Below the pieces are notes generated by a model. The model was not told where the DNA came from. It made no database searches and worked only from the letters and a program-made list of their open reading frames with translations. Below are positions 19,362 to 28,328 of a stretch of 64,000 nt of DNA, in pieces. Origin of the DNA: an uncultured Clostridia bacterium (GTDB lineage Bacteria > Bacillota > Clostridia > TANB77 > CAG-508); assembly GCA_944391965.1 (NCBI GenBank), contig CALXVH010000003.1, positions 22,551 to 86,550 on the forward strand, in the 5' to 3' direction. Each line of letters begins with the position of its first letter. The stretch's first letter is position 1. The translations under genes and the position numbers were made by a program.

Positions 19362-21062
19362 ATGAAATTGTTTAAATTTAAGTTTTCTAAATTTTATATT
19401 TTATTAATAATTATATTTTCTGTCCTTTCTGCATACTTAAGTATTACTTATCCTGTTATAATAGGTAATTTAATAGATAACCTAGGAACAAATACAAGTT
19501 TAATAAATTATTTTATTAAACTTGCTCTAATATTTATTTTTCTATTTATTAGTAATATTTTATTAAATTATTTTTTAACTAGTTATGCTACAAAACTTTC
19601 TCGAAATATTAGGACTATTCTTTTTAATATAATAAATACATTACCTCTATCTATTTTAGAAAACTTTGAAAAAGGTGAAATTATAAACATGTTTTCTACA
19701 GATATAGAAAATATTTCTAATGGAACTATGCAAAGTGTTTCTAAAATTATAAGTGGAATATTTACAATTATATTAGCTACTTATATAATGATAAATTTAA
19801 ATATACCTTTAACAGTTTTACTTATATTCTTATCTTTACTAATGTTTGCTATATCTAAATATATTGTTTCACATACAAATAATATGTTTGTTAAAAGAGC
19901 TGATTTATTAGCAAAGTTAAATGCATATACTGATGAATTAATAAGTGGTAAAAAGACTTTCGATAATTTTAATTATAATGAAATATCTAGCAAAAATTTT
20001 AAAGAAAAAAATTCTGAATTATATAACTATGGGTATAAAACGCAGTTTTATTCTTCACTTACAAATCCAAGTACTAGGTTCGTTTCAAACCTTTCTTATA
20101 TAATAATTGCTATGCTTGGAATTATATTTTGTAAAAACGGAAATTTAACAATTGGTAATATCTCTACTTTTTTAATATATACAAATTTGTTTACTAGACC
20201 ATTTAACGAGATAACAGCTGTGTTTAGTGAAATTCAGACTGCTATTGCTTCTTACAAAAGGATTTTAAAATTTATAACTACTCCTATTATAGAAAATCTA
20301 CCTTCTAGTAATAGTATTAAACTGCCAGAAAAACCTAATTATTCTATAGAATTTAAAAATGTATATTTTTCGTATACTGATAAACCTTTTATACAGGATC
20401 TTAATTTATATATTCCTAATGGAAAAAGTATTGCTATAGTTGGCAAAACAGGTTCTGGTAAAACTACAATAATTAATTTATTAAATAGATTTTATGAAAT
20501 ATCTAGTGGTGAAATATTAATTGATAATACAAATATAAAAGAGATTAATATTGATAATTTAAGAAAAAATATCGGTATGGTTCTTCAGGATACTAAGATT
20601 TTTCAAGGTACTATAAGGGAAAATATTGCATATGGAAAACCTAATGCAAGTATAGAAGAAATTAAACAAGCTGCAGAATTAGCTTTTGCAAACACATTTA
20701 TAGAAAAATTACCTGATGGTTATGATACGTATATATCAAATTCTGATATGCTTTCTGAAGGAGAAGTACAGTTATTAAACATTGCCAGAATTATGCTAAT
20801 AAAACCGCCTATCTTAATTTTGGATGAAGCCACAAGTAATATCGATTTACTAACAGAAGACATGATAAAAAAAGCTATTTTAAAATTAACAGAAAATTCT
20901 ACATCAATAATTATTGCACATAGATTATCTACAATAAAAAACTGTGATTTTATTGTTTTTATAGAAGATGGTAATATTGTAGAAGTTGGAACTCATGATG
21001 AATTAATTAATAAAAAAGGAGCATATTATAATATGTACAAAAGCCAATTTAATATTATTTAA
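19362..21062 (+). CDS. ABC exporter, fused permease/ATPase subunit 2
   Basis: It has Walker A GKTGSGKTT and a degenerate signature LSEGEVQ, which suggests a heterodimer with an asymmetric ATP site. Confidence 0.85.
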   Translation: MKLFKFKFSKFYILLIIIFSVLSAYLSITYPVIIGNLIDNLGTNTSLINYFIKLALIFIFLFISNILLNYFLTSYATKLSRNIRTILFNIINTLPLSILENFEKGEIINMFSTDIENISNGTMQSVSKIISGIFTIILATYIMINLNIPLTVLLIFLSLLMFAISKYIVSHTNNMFVKRADLLAKLNAYTDELISGKKTFDNFNYNEISSKNFKEKNSELYNYGYKTQFYSSLTNPSTRFVSNLSYIIIAMLGIIFCKNGNLTIGNISTFLIYTNLFTRPFNEITAVFSEIQTAIASYKRILKFITTPIIENLPSSNSIKLPEKPNYSIEFKNVYFSYTDKPFIQDLNLYIPNGKSIAIVGKTGSGKTTIINLLNRFYEISSGEILIDNTNIKEINIDNLRKNIGMVLQDTKIFQGTIRENIAYGKPNASIEEIKQAAELAFANTFIEKLPDGYDTYISNSDMLSEGEVQLLNIARIMLIKPPILILDEATSNIDLLTEDMIKKAILKLTENSTSIIIAHRLSTIKNCDFIVFIEDGNIVEVGTHDELINKKGAYYNMYKSQFNII

Positions 21063-21080
21063 TACAAAAAAGAAAAGCTT

Positions 21081-21422
21081 TTAGCTTTTCTTTTTAAATA
21101 TATTTTTTATTTTATCGAAGGCATTTACCTTTGCTCCTTCATTTTTCTTTCCATTTGCTATTCGTTCCATTAATTCTTTTCGTTGTTGTTCGTTTTCACA
21201 CCAATAATTAAAATTTAGTAAATTAACCATATCCTTTGTTTCTTTTTTCATTTTTAATTTTTCTAAAGGAGTTCCTTTTGGATATTTAGGTGTATAATTA
21301 TCGTCTTTTTTACTATTTATTAATTCTCTTAAGTCTTCTGGTATTTTGTTTCTTCTTTCTTCATCTATACTATCCAAAAAAGCATTAAGTTCCGAATAGA
21401 TTTCTTTACTTTTACTATCCAT
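21081..21422 (-). CDS. hypothetical protein
   Basis: Trimmed to MDSKSKEIY (RBS AAGGAGG). It has the native AT-rich composition. Confidence 0.55.
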   Translation of the reverse strand: MDSKSKEIYSELNAFLDSIDEERRNKIPEDLRELINSKKDDNYTPKYPKGTPLEKLKMKKETKDMVNLLNFNYWCENEQQRKELMERIANGKKNEGAKVNAFDKIKNIFKKKS

Positions 21423-21563
21423 ACCTATTTCCTCCTTTTCTAACGTTTTTATTTTACCATTATTTTGCTTGTCTTTCAAGTAAAAAATGTGGATTTATTA
21501 AATTGCAGAAATGAAATTTAAATCCCTTTCTACTAATAAAACCACATTTATTTTTTGCCATAT

Positions 21564-21728
21564 TTACTTACTATGTTTATCTTCTTTTTTTGTTATATTT
21601 TGTAATCGTTTTGCATTCTCTTTTTGATAACCTAAACTTATCCAAGCAAATTTTGTGGGTATGAATTCACCATTTCTGCTTACATCTTCCCCAACTTCTA
21701 TTTCATTAATCTCTTTTTCTTTTTTCAT
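21564..21728 (-). CDS. hypothetical 54-aa protein downstream of lexA
   Basis: Below the ORF-track cutoff. ATG 21728 is preceded by AGGTGA, and the product is MKKEKEINEIEVGEDVSRNGEFIPTKFAWISLGYQ... Confidence 0.35.
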   Translation of the reverse strand: MKKEKEINEIEVGEDVSRNGEFIPTKFAWISLGYQKENAKRLQNITKKEDKHSK

Positions 21729-21775
21729 AATATATTCACCTAAAATATATTATGTCTTAAGTCGTTTTTTTTATA

Positions 21776-22417
21776 CTACATTTTTCTAAATACGCCAGCT
21801 ACTTTACCAAGTATCTTACAATCTGGAACTATTATTGGAGCCATTGTACGATTTTCTGGTTGTAATCTTATATAATCTTTTTCTTTATAAAATGTTTTTA
21901 CTGTTGCTTCGTCATCTATTAAAGCTACAACAATTTCGCCATTTTCTGCAGTATTTTGTTGTTTAACTAATATATAGTCACCATCTAAAATACCTGCTTC
22001 TATCATACTTTCTCCTCTAACAGTTAGCATAAAGCTTTCTGAATTTCCTACGAAGTCTAAAGGAATTGGAAAAGTGTCTGTTATATTTTCTACTGCTAAG
22101 ATTGGTGCACCTGCAGTTATTTTTCCTACAACTGGTACATCTACCAATTCTTTACCAGCATATAAATCTTTTGGTTTTCTTATAACATCATCTTCGTTAA
22201 CAACTCTTAATGCTCTTCCTTTTTGAGATTCTTTTCTTATATAACCTTTTTGCTCTAATTTCTCTAAATATCCATGTACTGTTGCTGTTGAATTTAGTCC
22301 TACAGCTTTACAAATTTCTCTTACTGATGGTGGATATTGGTTTGCTTTTATTTGTTTTGATATAAAGTTTAAGATTGCTACTTCTCTTTTATTTAAATCA
22401 CTTTTATCTTTTTTCAC
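21776..22417 (-). CDS. lexA: SOS repressor LexA
   Basis: Trimmed to GTG 22417, 7 nt after GGAGGCG. It has an N-terminal wHTH and the S24 peptidase motifs [11 protein letters not shown] and ATVKTF. Confidence 0.92.
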   Translation of the reverse strand: MKKDKSDLNKREVAILNFISKQIKANQYPPSVREICKAVGLNSTATVHGYLEKLEQKGYIRKESQKGRALRVVNEDDVIRKPKDLYAGKELVDVPVVGKITAGAPILAVENITDTFPIPLDFVGNSESFMLTVRGESMIEAGILDGDYILVKQQNTAENGEIVVALIDDEATVKTFYKEKDYIRLQPENRTMAPIIVPDCKILGKVAGVFRKM

Positions 22418-22447
22418 TTGTTCACGCCTCCACTTTATTTTTTTACA

Positions 22448-22486
22448 TACTATCATATGATTTTTTGTTTGTCAAACAAAATTTCG
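22448..22486 (-). promoter_or_regulatory. lexA promoter with overlapping candidate LexA box
   Basis: The minus strand has TTGACA (22471-22476), a 17-nt spacer and TAGTAT (22448-22453). CGAAATTTTGTTTG at 22473-22486 resembles the Firmicute CGAAC-N4-GTTCG box. A 9+1+9 palindrome spans 22463-22481. Confidence 0.5.
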
Positions 22487-22525
22487 TTTTTTATAAAATT
22501 TTTATTTTTTTTTAAAAAGGAAATG

Positions 22526-22545
22526 CCCCCGGCTTTCGCCAGGGG
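22526..22545 (-). terminator. GC-rich hairpin after island 3
   Basis: The minus strand reads CCCCTGGCGAAAGCCGGGGG followed by a T-rich tract. Confidence 0.55.
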
Positions 22546-22569
22546 AAAAAGATGTGAAGTTTTGGTTTT

Positions 22570-23157
22570 TCAGATGATTTGTGCTGATGTACTCGGATTT
22601 TCTACTTCTGGAAGGTCGTCAGACGTAATATAGATTATTATCAAATCTATAATATCTGACAAGGTATCTACTCTGTCTTCCAACTGTTCATTCTGATACT
22701 CGATAAAATTCAGCTCCTGCTGAAGTTGCTCTGTTCTCTGTTCTAGATAGTTCAGTTTTGTATTCATACTTCCATAGTAGTATCCTAAAAAAGCACAGAG
22801 CACTGCTATAAGAATCCATTTTATATTCTTGTACTTTTCAGCGTTTGCTTCAGTGTTCTCTAACTGTTCATAATCTTCTTCGAGCTCTTCTCTGGTCCAC
22901 TCTTCGAAGCGTTCATGTCTCCTTGCTTCTTCCCGAAGCTCCTCTGTGCTATACTCAGAAAAAGTATAATTGCTTCTTAACAAATCTTCCAACTCCTGAT
23001 CAGAAAATTCGTTCAGATTAATATCTGGAAGAAGAACTCTTAATTTCTTCTCCAACTCTTTCCGAGTATACTTGGAGAAATCCTTATACACACGGATTTC
23101 TTCTTCCAAGTCTTTACGGGTCATTTTGTCAAATCTGTCTTTAAAAAACATATGCAT
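22570..23157 (-). CDS. hypothetical single-pass membrane protein with repeated F-x-x-[YW]-[TS]-x-x-E-L-E motif (island 3)
   Basis: 195 aa with five motif copies (FDKMTRKDLEEE, FSKYTRKELEKK, FSDQELEDL, FSEYSTEELREE, FEEWTREELEED), one TM helix and a coiled coil. Its start is coupled to the upstream stop (TAAATG). Confidence 0.65.
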   Translation of the reverse strand: MHMFFKDRFDKMTRKDLEEEIRVYKDFSKYTRKELEKKLRVLLPDINLNEFSDQELEDLLRSNYTFSEYSTEELREEARRHERFEEWTREELEEDYEQLENTEANAEKYKNIKWILIAVLCAFLGYYYGSMNTKLNYLEQRTEQLQQELNFIEYQNEQLEDRVDTLSDIIDLIIIYITSDDLPEVENPSTSAQII

Positions 23158-23511
23158 TTAACCTCCTAATTTGACTGAATCTTTAACATTTACATAGTAT
23201 TCTTTAATAATTGCTTCAAGTTCTTCCAGCGTTTTTGGATTTTTTCTCTCAACAAACGCATATAAGAAGTAGTTGAATGTTCTGATTAATTCCATCTTCT
23301 CCTGCATACTTCCCTCAAAATAAAGCAACTTTTCTGTAGCTTGGACTACATACTTTTGAACAAGGTCATTGATAAATTTATAATCTTGTTCCTTCGCCCA
23401 GCCCTGTTCGACTGCCTCGACTCCTTCATCTCCAATTTCCTCATATACTGTGGGTAAGCATACCCTCAGCAAGAATATCTTTTCGCTATTCTTTTTGTTA
23501 AACTCTCTCAT
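23158..23511 (-). CDS. hypothetical protein (island 3)
   Basis: 117-aa ORF with RBS GGAGG, visibly GC-richer than the neighbouring genes. Confidence 0.6.
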   Translation of the reverse strand: MREFNKKNSEKIFLLRVCLPTVYEEIGDEGVEAVEQGWAKEQDYKFINDLVQKYVVQATEKLLYFEGSMQEKMELIRTFNYFLYAFVERKNPKTLEELEAIIKEYYVNVKDSVKLGG

Positions 23512-23586
23512 TCTTTTGAGCCTCCTTCTAAAAATTTTTTCTGCATTTTATTATACCATACTTAACATAATTTTCCAAGTATCAAA

Positions 23587-23637
23587 TAGGGATTTAAACA
23601 ACGTCCCTAAATCCCCAGGGGATGTCCCAAATACCTA
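23587..23637 (-). repeat. REP-like element doublet, locus R3
   Basis: TAGGGATTTAAACAACGTCCCTAAATCCCC plus AGGGGATGTCCCAAATACCTA. Confidence 0.8.
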
Positions 23638-23692
23638 TGGCAGATTCCTACCCCATACCATCAAATTCATATAATAATTTTTACAATTTTTA

Positions 23693-23721
23693 TTGAATAT
23701 TTATACATATTATGTTAAAAT
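23693..23721 (+). promoter_or_regulatory. promoter of the T-box leader
   Basis: TTGAAT, a 17-nt spacer, then TAAAAT. Confidence 0.55.
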
Positions 23722-23742
23722 GTGTTACATATTAATATAAAC

Positions 23743-23965
23743 GTTTGATAAGAGAATAGTAACATATTTAATTTTTTAAGAGAGTTTACGGTTGGTGTAA
23801 GTAAATAAAATTTATATGTGAATCTACTCTTAGATGTTTTTAGTGAAAACTAAACCGTAAGTTAGGCGGTTACCCTACTAATTGAGTGTATTATTTTTAT
23901 AATAACTTAAGGTGGTACCGCGGATTATATTCGTCCTTATATTTTATATAAGGACGATTTTTGTT
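23743..23965 (+). promoter_or_regulatory. T-box riboswitch leader, serine specifier (UCU)
   Basis: The stem I base is TGATAAGAGAATAGTA and the AGAGA bulge is present. The specifier loop is GAA-TCT-A at 23820-23826. The T-box sequence is AACTTAAGGTGGTACCGCGG at 23904-23923. The terminator TCGTCCTTAT...ATAAGGACGATTTTT lies at 23931-23965. Confidence 0.88.
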
Positions 23966-24035
23966 TGTCTAAATTAAATTGTACTTGTTTTAGTTCAATT
24001 TGTTAGAATATATTTTATATAATGGAGGTATTTTT

Positions 24036-24263
24036 ATGAGCCATGTAGAAATTGGAAAAACTTACAGACATTTCAAAGGAACTTATCATCAAGTATTAAA
24101 TGTAGCTTTAGATTCGGAAACTCAAGAGAGAATGGTTGTATATAATCATAAAGAAGATGGAAAGATTTGGGTAAGACCAGAAAAAGATTTTTTAGCAGAA
24201 ATTCCAGAAAGACCAGATAATATCACAGGACAAAAACATAGATTCGAAATAGTTCAAAATTAA
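24036..24263 (+). CDS. DUF1653-like small protein
   Basis: Trimmed to MSHVEIGKTYRHFKG (RBS GGAGG). The YRHFKG...Y..V pattern fits the family. It lies between the T-box leader and serS. Confidence 0.6.
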   Translation: MSHVEIGKTYRHFKGTYHQVLNVALDSETQERMVVYNHKEDGKIWVRPEKDFLAEIPERPDNITGQKHRFEIVQN

Positions 24264-24302
24264 CTTTTTAATTATAAAAAATAATATTTAGGGGGAATTA
24301 AT

Positions 24303-25586
24303 ATGATAGATATTAAATTTTTAAGAGAAAATCCTGACATTGTAAAGGAAAATATAAAGAAAAAATTTCAAAATGAAAAACTAGTTTTAGTTGATGAAGT
24401 TATAGATTTAGACAAAAAATCTAGAGAAGCTACACTTGCTGGTGACGAATTAAGAAATAAAAGAAAAACACTAAGTACTGAAATTGGTAATTTAATGAAA
24501 AATGGACAAAAAGAAGATGCTGAAAAAGTTAAAGCTGAAGTTCAAGAAATTAACAGTAAATTAGAAGAAAATGAGACTTTAGAGAACAAATATGCAGAAG
24601 AAATTAAAATTAGAATGATGAAAATTCCAAACATCATGCACGAGTCTGTTCCAATAGGAAAAGATGATAGCGAAAATGTAGAAATTGAAAAATTTGGAGA
24701 ACCTGTAGTTCCAGATTATGAAATTCCATTCCATGGTGAAATTTTAGAAGCTTTAGGTGGATTAGACTTAGATAGTGCAAGACGTGTTGCAGGACAAGGT
24801 TTTTACTACTTAATGGGAGATGTTGCAAGATTACATTCTGCTGTTTTAACATACGCAAGAGACTTCATGATTAATAAAGGTTTTACTTATTGTATACCTC
24901 CTTATATGATTAGAAGTGATGTAGTAACTGGTGTTATGAGTTTTGAAGAAATGGATGCAATGATGTACAAAATTGAAGGAGAAGATTTGTACTTAATTGG
25001 TACAAGCGAGCATTCTATGATTGGAAAATTTAAAGGACAAATTCTAAAAAAAGAGGATATGCCTTATACAATGACATCATATTCTCCATGTTTTAGAAAA
25101 GAAAAAGGTGCACATGGATTAGAAGAACGTGGTGTATATAGAATTCATCAATTTGAAAAACAAGAAATGATTGTTGTATGCGAACCAGAAGATTCTTGGG
25201 ATTGGTATAATAAAATGTGGTCATATACAGTAGAATTCTTTAGAAGTATGAATATTCCAGTAAGAACTTTAGAATGTTGTAGTGGTGACTTGGCAGACTT
25301 AAAAGCTAAATCTTGTGATGTAGAAGCATGGAGTCCAAGACAAAAGAAATATTTTGAAGTTGGAAGCTGTTCTAACTTAACGGATGCACAAGCTCGTAGA
25401 TTAGGAATTAGAATAAAAGGTGAAAAAGGAAACTATTTTGCACATACTTTAAACAACACTGTTGTAGCTCCACCACGTATGTTAATTGCAATTATGGAAA
25501 ACAATTATCAACCAGATGGAAGTGTAATCGTTCCAGAAGTATTAAGACCATATATGGGTGGATTAGAAAAAATTACAGTAAAATAG
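24303..25586 (+). CDS. serS: seryl-tRNA synthetase
   Basis: 427 aa with an N-terminal coiled-coil arm and class II motifs (FRKE, GSGLA-type region, TLNNT). Confidence 0.95.
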   Translation: MIDIKFLRENPDIVKENIKKKFQNEKLVLVDEVIDLDKKSREATLAGDELRNKRKTLSTEIGNLMKNGQKEDAEKVKAEVQEINSKLEENETLENKYAEEIKIRMMKIPNIMHESVPIGKDDSENVEIEKFGEPVVPDYEIPFHGEILEALGGLDLDSARRVAGQGFYYLMGDVARLHSAVLTYARDFMINKGFTYCIPPYMIRSDVVTGVMSFEEMDAMMYKIEGEDLYLIGTSEHSMIGKFKGQILKKEDMPYTMTSYSPCFRKEKGAHGLEERGVYRIHQFEKQEMIVVCEPEDSWDWYNKMWSYTVEFFRSMNIPVRTLECCSGDLADLKAKSCDVEAWSPRQKKYFEVGSCSNLTDAQARRLGIRIKGEKGNYFAHTLNNTVVAPPRMLIAIMENNYQPDGSVIVPEVLRPYMGGLEKITVK

Positions 25587-25590
25587 AAAA

Positions 25591-25621
25591 TAGGGATTGG
25601 GGGACGTTCCTTAAATCCCTA
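25591..25621 (+). repeat. REP-like element, locus R4, 3' of serS
   Basis: TAGGGATTGGGGGACGTTCCTTAAATCCCTA. Confidence 0.9.
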
Positions 25622-25686
25622 TTTGAAAAATCAAAACCAAGAAATTTATAAAAATTTTCTTGGTTTTGTTATTTATACTTAATTAT

Positions 25687-26271
25687 TTAAAATATAAAAG
25701 TTATATCTTTTGTTTCAGTATCTATAATACTAGCTCTATAAACACATATTACATTTGTTTCATTTTTTAAAGTTTTCTTTGAATTAATATGTTGATGTCC
25801 GTGTATATTAAAAATAGGTTTATACTTTTTTATATATTTAGATATAGCTTTTAATCCACAATGTGCTAAATCTTTTCCATCAGAATATAATTTATATGGA
25901 GAATCATGTGACAGTAAAATATCTGCTTTGGGGCATTTCATTAATAATTTCCTTGCTTCTTTTTGTGTAAACATCGGAAATTCTCCACGTTTATATCTAT
26001 TACTTCCCTCAAATCCTAAAAAACTAGTACCATTTATTTCTATTAACTTACAATGTATATTAGGAATATTTCTTGCTTCCAATACACCAAATTCATCATG
26101 ATTTCCTAGTATCCCATAAACTTTATCCTTATCTAAATACATCAAAAGCATATCAATATATTTTCCACTTATATCTCCAAGTAAAAAACAAACATCATAT
26201 TCTAAGTCTGCTAATTTTTCTGCTTCTTCTGGTAATAAATGATGACAATCTGTTATTATTAATATCTTCAC
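25687..26271 (-). CDS. calcineurin-like metallophosphoesterase
   Basis: Motifs DCHH, GDISG, GNHD and HGHQH are present. Confidence 0.75.
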   Translation of the reverse strand: MKILIITDCHHLLPEEAEKLADLEYDVCFLLGDISGKYIDMLLMYLDKDKVYGILGNHDEFGVLEARNIPNIHCKLIEINGTSFLGFEGSNRYKRGEFPMFTQKEARKLLMKCPKADILLSHDSPYKLYSDGKDLAHCGLKAISKYIKKYKPIFNIHGHQHINSKKTLKNETNVICVYRASIIDTETKDITFIF

Positions 26272-26301
26272 ATCTTTCTCCTTAGCTTGTATATCAATTT
26301 T

Positions 26302-26655
26302 TTAGTCTCTTTTGCATTTTTGCTCTAAATTGTCTAACAGTTTCCTTAGTTGTTCTACTTCGTCTATATATACTCTTCCTTTTTTGGTAGCTCCATAATC
26401 ATCAATAAAATCATATATTTCCCAATAAGTATCCACTATACTTGTATCTCCTATTAAAGCAAGCCTTTCTACTTCTTTTTGTCTACTACTTAATTCATAA
26501 GGCTCAAAAGCTAATGAAATTTTTTGAAGACATTCCCTTATTTCTGATATCTTATTAAGTAATATTTCTTTTTGTTCTTCACTAGATAAATTTCTTATTT
26601 GAACTTTTAATTCTAATGCATCTTTTAATAAATCTCTATCCGTCTTCTCCATTTT
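26302..26655 (-). CDS. hypothetical protein
   Basis: Trimmed to MEKTDRDLL (RBS GGGGGAAAAAATG). It is predicted helical. Confidence 0.5.
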   Translation of the reverse strand, partial: KMEKTDRDLLKDALELKVQIRNLSSEEQKEILLNKISEIRECLQKISLAFEPYELSSRQKEVERLALIGDTSIVDTYWEIYDFIDDYGATKKGRVYIDEVEQLRKLLDNLEQKCKRD

Positions 26656-26722
26656 TTCCCCCTTTTTGTATAAAATATCATATAAGAAAAAATTATTCAA
26701 CAATTTAAAATAACATTATTTA

Positions 26723-26751
26723 TTGAGTTTTTATTAAGCTTGTGATATAAT
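26723..26751 (+). promoter_or_regulatory. promoter of the purA-like gene
   Basis: TTGAGT, a 17-nt spacer, then an extended -10 TGTGATATAAT. Confidence 0.55.
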
Positions 26752-26812
26752 TCAAGTGTAAGTTTTTATGGTAACTCTTGTCTCTTAATGTTATTCAGAA
26801 GGAGGAAAAAAA

Positions 26813-28159
26813 ATGAATAACTGTGTAACTGTAGTTGTAGGATGTAAATGGGGTGACGAAGGGAAAGGCAAAATCGCTTCACTTACATCCAAAAATGCAA
26901 AATTTGTGATTCGGGCTACCGGAGGTAGTAACGCGGGACACACCGTTATTTATAACGGTAAAAAAGTGGCATTACACCTCATTCCTGGTGGAATTACTTA
27001 TCCAAATAAGATTGGTATCATCGGTCCTGGAACAGTAATCGAACCAAAAGTGTTATTAGACGAGCTTGCTTTGCTAAAAGATTCTGGCGTATCTGACATA
27101 GAAGATCGCTTAAAAATTAGCGGCAGAGCTCATGTAGTTTTTCCATGGCACAAGGACTTGGATGAATTGCATGAACAGGTGAAAGAACATCCAATCGGAA
27201 CAACAAAACGTGGTATCGGTCCAACCTATTCTGATAAGGCTACTCGTAAAGGTCTTCGTATTTATGACCTACTTCTTCCTGTAGATGAGCTGGAAAAAAA
27301 GATTAACGAAGATGTTTTTCTTCATAATCAGTTATTCCTTGCCAACAACATGGAAGAGTGTGTTGTAGATTCGAAAAAATTTGCTATGACTTTTGCTGAA
27401 TATGGCCAGTTACTACGACCTTACGTTACAGATGTACTTCCAATCTATATGGAAACCATTAAAAATAATGATGGAATTGTTATTGAAGGAGCTCAAGCCT
27501 TCAGATTGGATAATGATGATGGGGAATATCCTGATGTAACAGCTTCACATCCTGTAACAAGTGGTTGTCTTTTAGGTGCGGGGCTTCCTGCTCAAGCTTT
27601 AAAATTGGTAATTGGAGTCGACAAAGCCTACAATACACGTGTTGGCAATGGTCCATTTCCAACAGAACTGCCATCTTCTATTGACGAAAATGGCAATCTA
27701 ATTCCTAACCAGCCTAAGTTAGAAGGCGACATTATTAGGGAACTAGGATACGAGTATGGTGCAACTACCGGACGTCCACGTAGATGTGGTTGGATGGATG
27801 CAGTAATGTTGCGCACTGCCAAATATGGCTGTGGAATAGATGTATTATGCATCAATCATTTGGACACTCTTGGTAAAATTGGTATGGAGCTTGGTTATGT
27901 AAAGGTATGTGTTGCCTATTCTTATATGGGCAAAATTATAAATTATTACCCTGACAATACTAGGCTTACACATACAATTCCAGAACCTGTTTATGAAACA
28001 ATTGAAGGTGGTTGGAAAATTGATGAATCGATGAGAACATTTGATTCATTACCGGAAAAAGCAAAACAATTTATTGAGATTGTTGAACGCATTTCGGAAA
28101 TCCCTGTAAAATTTGTTGGAACTGGTCCGGCAAATGACGATATTATCGAAAAAAAGTAA
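26813..28159 (+). CDS. adenylosuccinate synthetase family protein, divergent (island 4)
   Basis: PurA motifs GDEGKGK, NAGHT, GTTKRGIGP, GAQ and ATTGRPRR are present. The canonical D-x-D-HGTYP-[FY]-VTSS block reads DNDDGEYPDVTAS. There is an insertion of about 13 aa before GATTGR. A 60-nt sample is about 48% GC. Confidence 0.75.
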   Translation: MNNCVTVVVGCKWGDEGKGKIASLTSKNAKFVIRATGGSNAGHTVIYNGKKVALHLIPGGITYPNKIGIIGPGTVIEPKVLLDELALLKDSGVSDIEDRLKISGRAHVVFPWHKDLDELHEQVKEHPIGTTKRGIGPTYSDKATRKGLRIYDLLLPVDELEKKINEDVFLHNQLFLANNMEECVVDSKKFAMTFAEYGQLLRPYVTDVLPIYMETIKNNDGIVIEGAQAFRLDNDDGEYPDVTASHPVTSGCLLGAGLPAQALKLVIGVDKAYNTRVGNGPFPTELPSSIDENGNLIPNQPKLEGDIIRELGYEYGATTGRPRRCGWMDAVMLRTAKYGCGIDVLCINHLDTLGKIGMELGYVKVCVAYSYMGKIINYYPDNTRLTHTIPEPVYETIEGGWKIDESMRTFDSLPEKAKQFIEIVERISEIPVKFVGTGPANDDIIEKK

Positions 28160-28208
28160 CATATAACTTGTATTGCAGTTAAAAAAAAACTTACAAGGAG
28201 TTACAAAG

Positions 28209-28247
28209 AAGAGAGCATTTTCAGTAATGAGGATTGCTCTCTTTTTA
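28209..28247 (+). terminator. terminator after the purA-like gene
   Basis: AAGAGAGCA / TGCTCTCTT stem followed by a T-run. Confidence 0.6.
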
Positions 28248-28328
28248 TTACAGTATATATCTTCAGTCATTGTATTTTTTAGAATTTTATGTTAAAATAT
28301 ATCAATATTAATATTAAGGAGAAAATTT

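Noticed and set aside
26813-28159. Calling the purA-like gene a PurZ (2-aminoadenine pathway) enzyme
   Set aside because: The catalytic GDEGKG and NAGH motifs are PurA-like and no mazZ- or datZ-like genes are adjacent. Only divergence is demonstrable from the sequence, so it is kept as a hypothesis to test.
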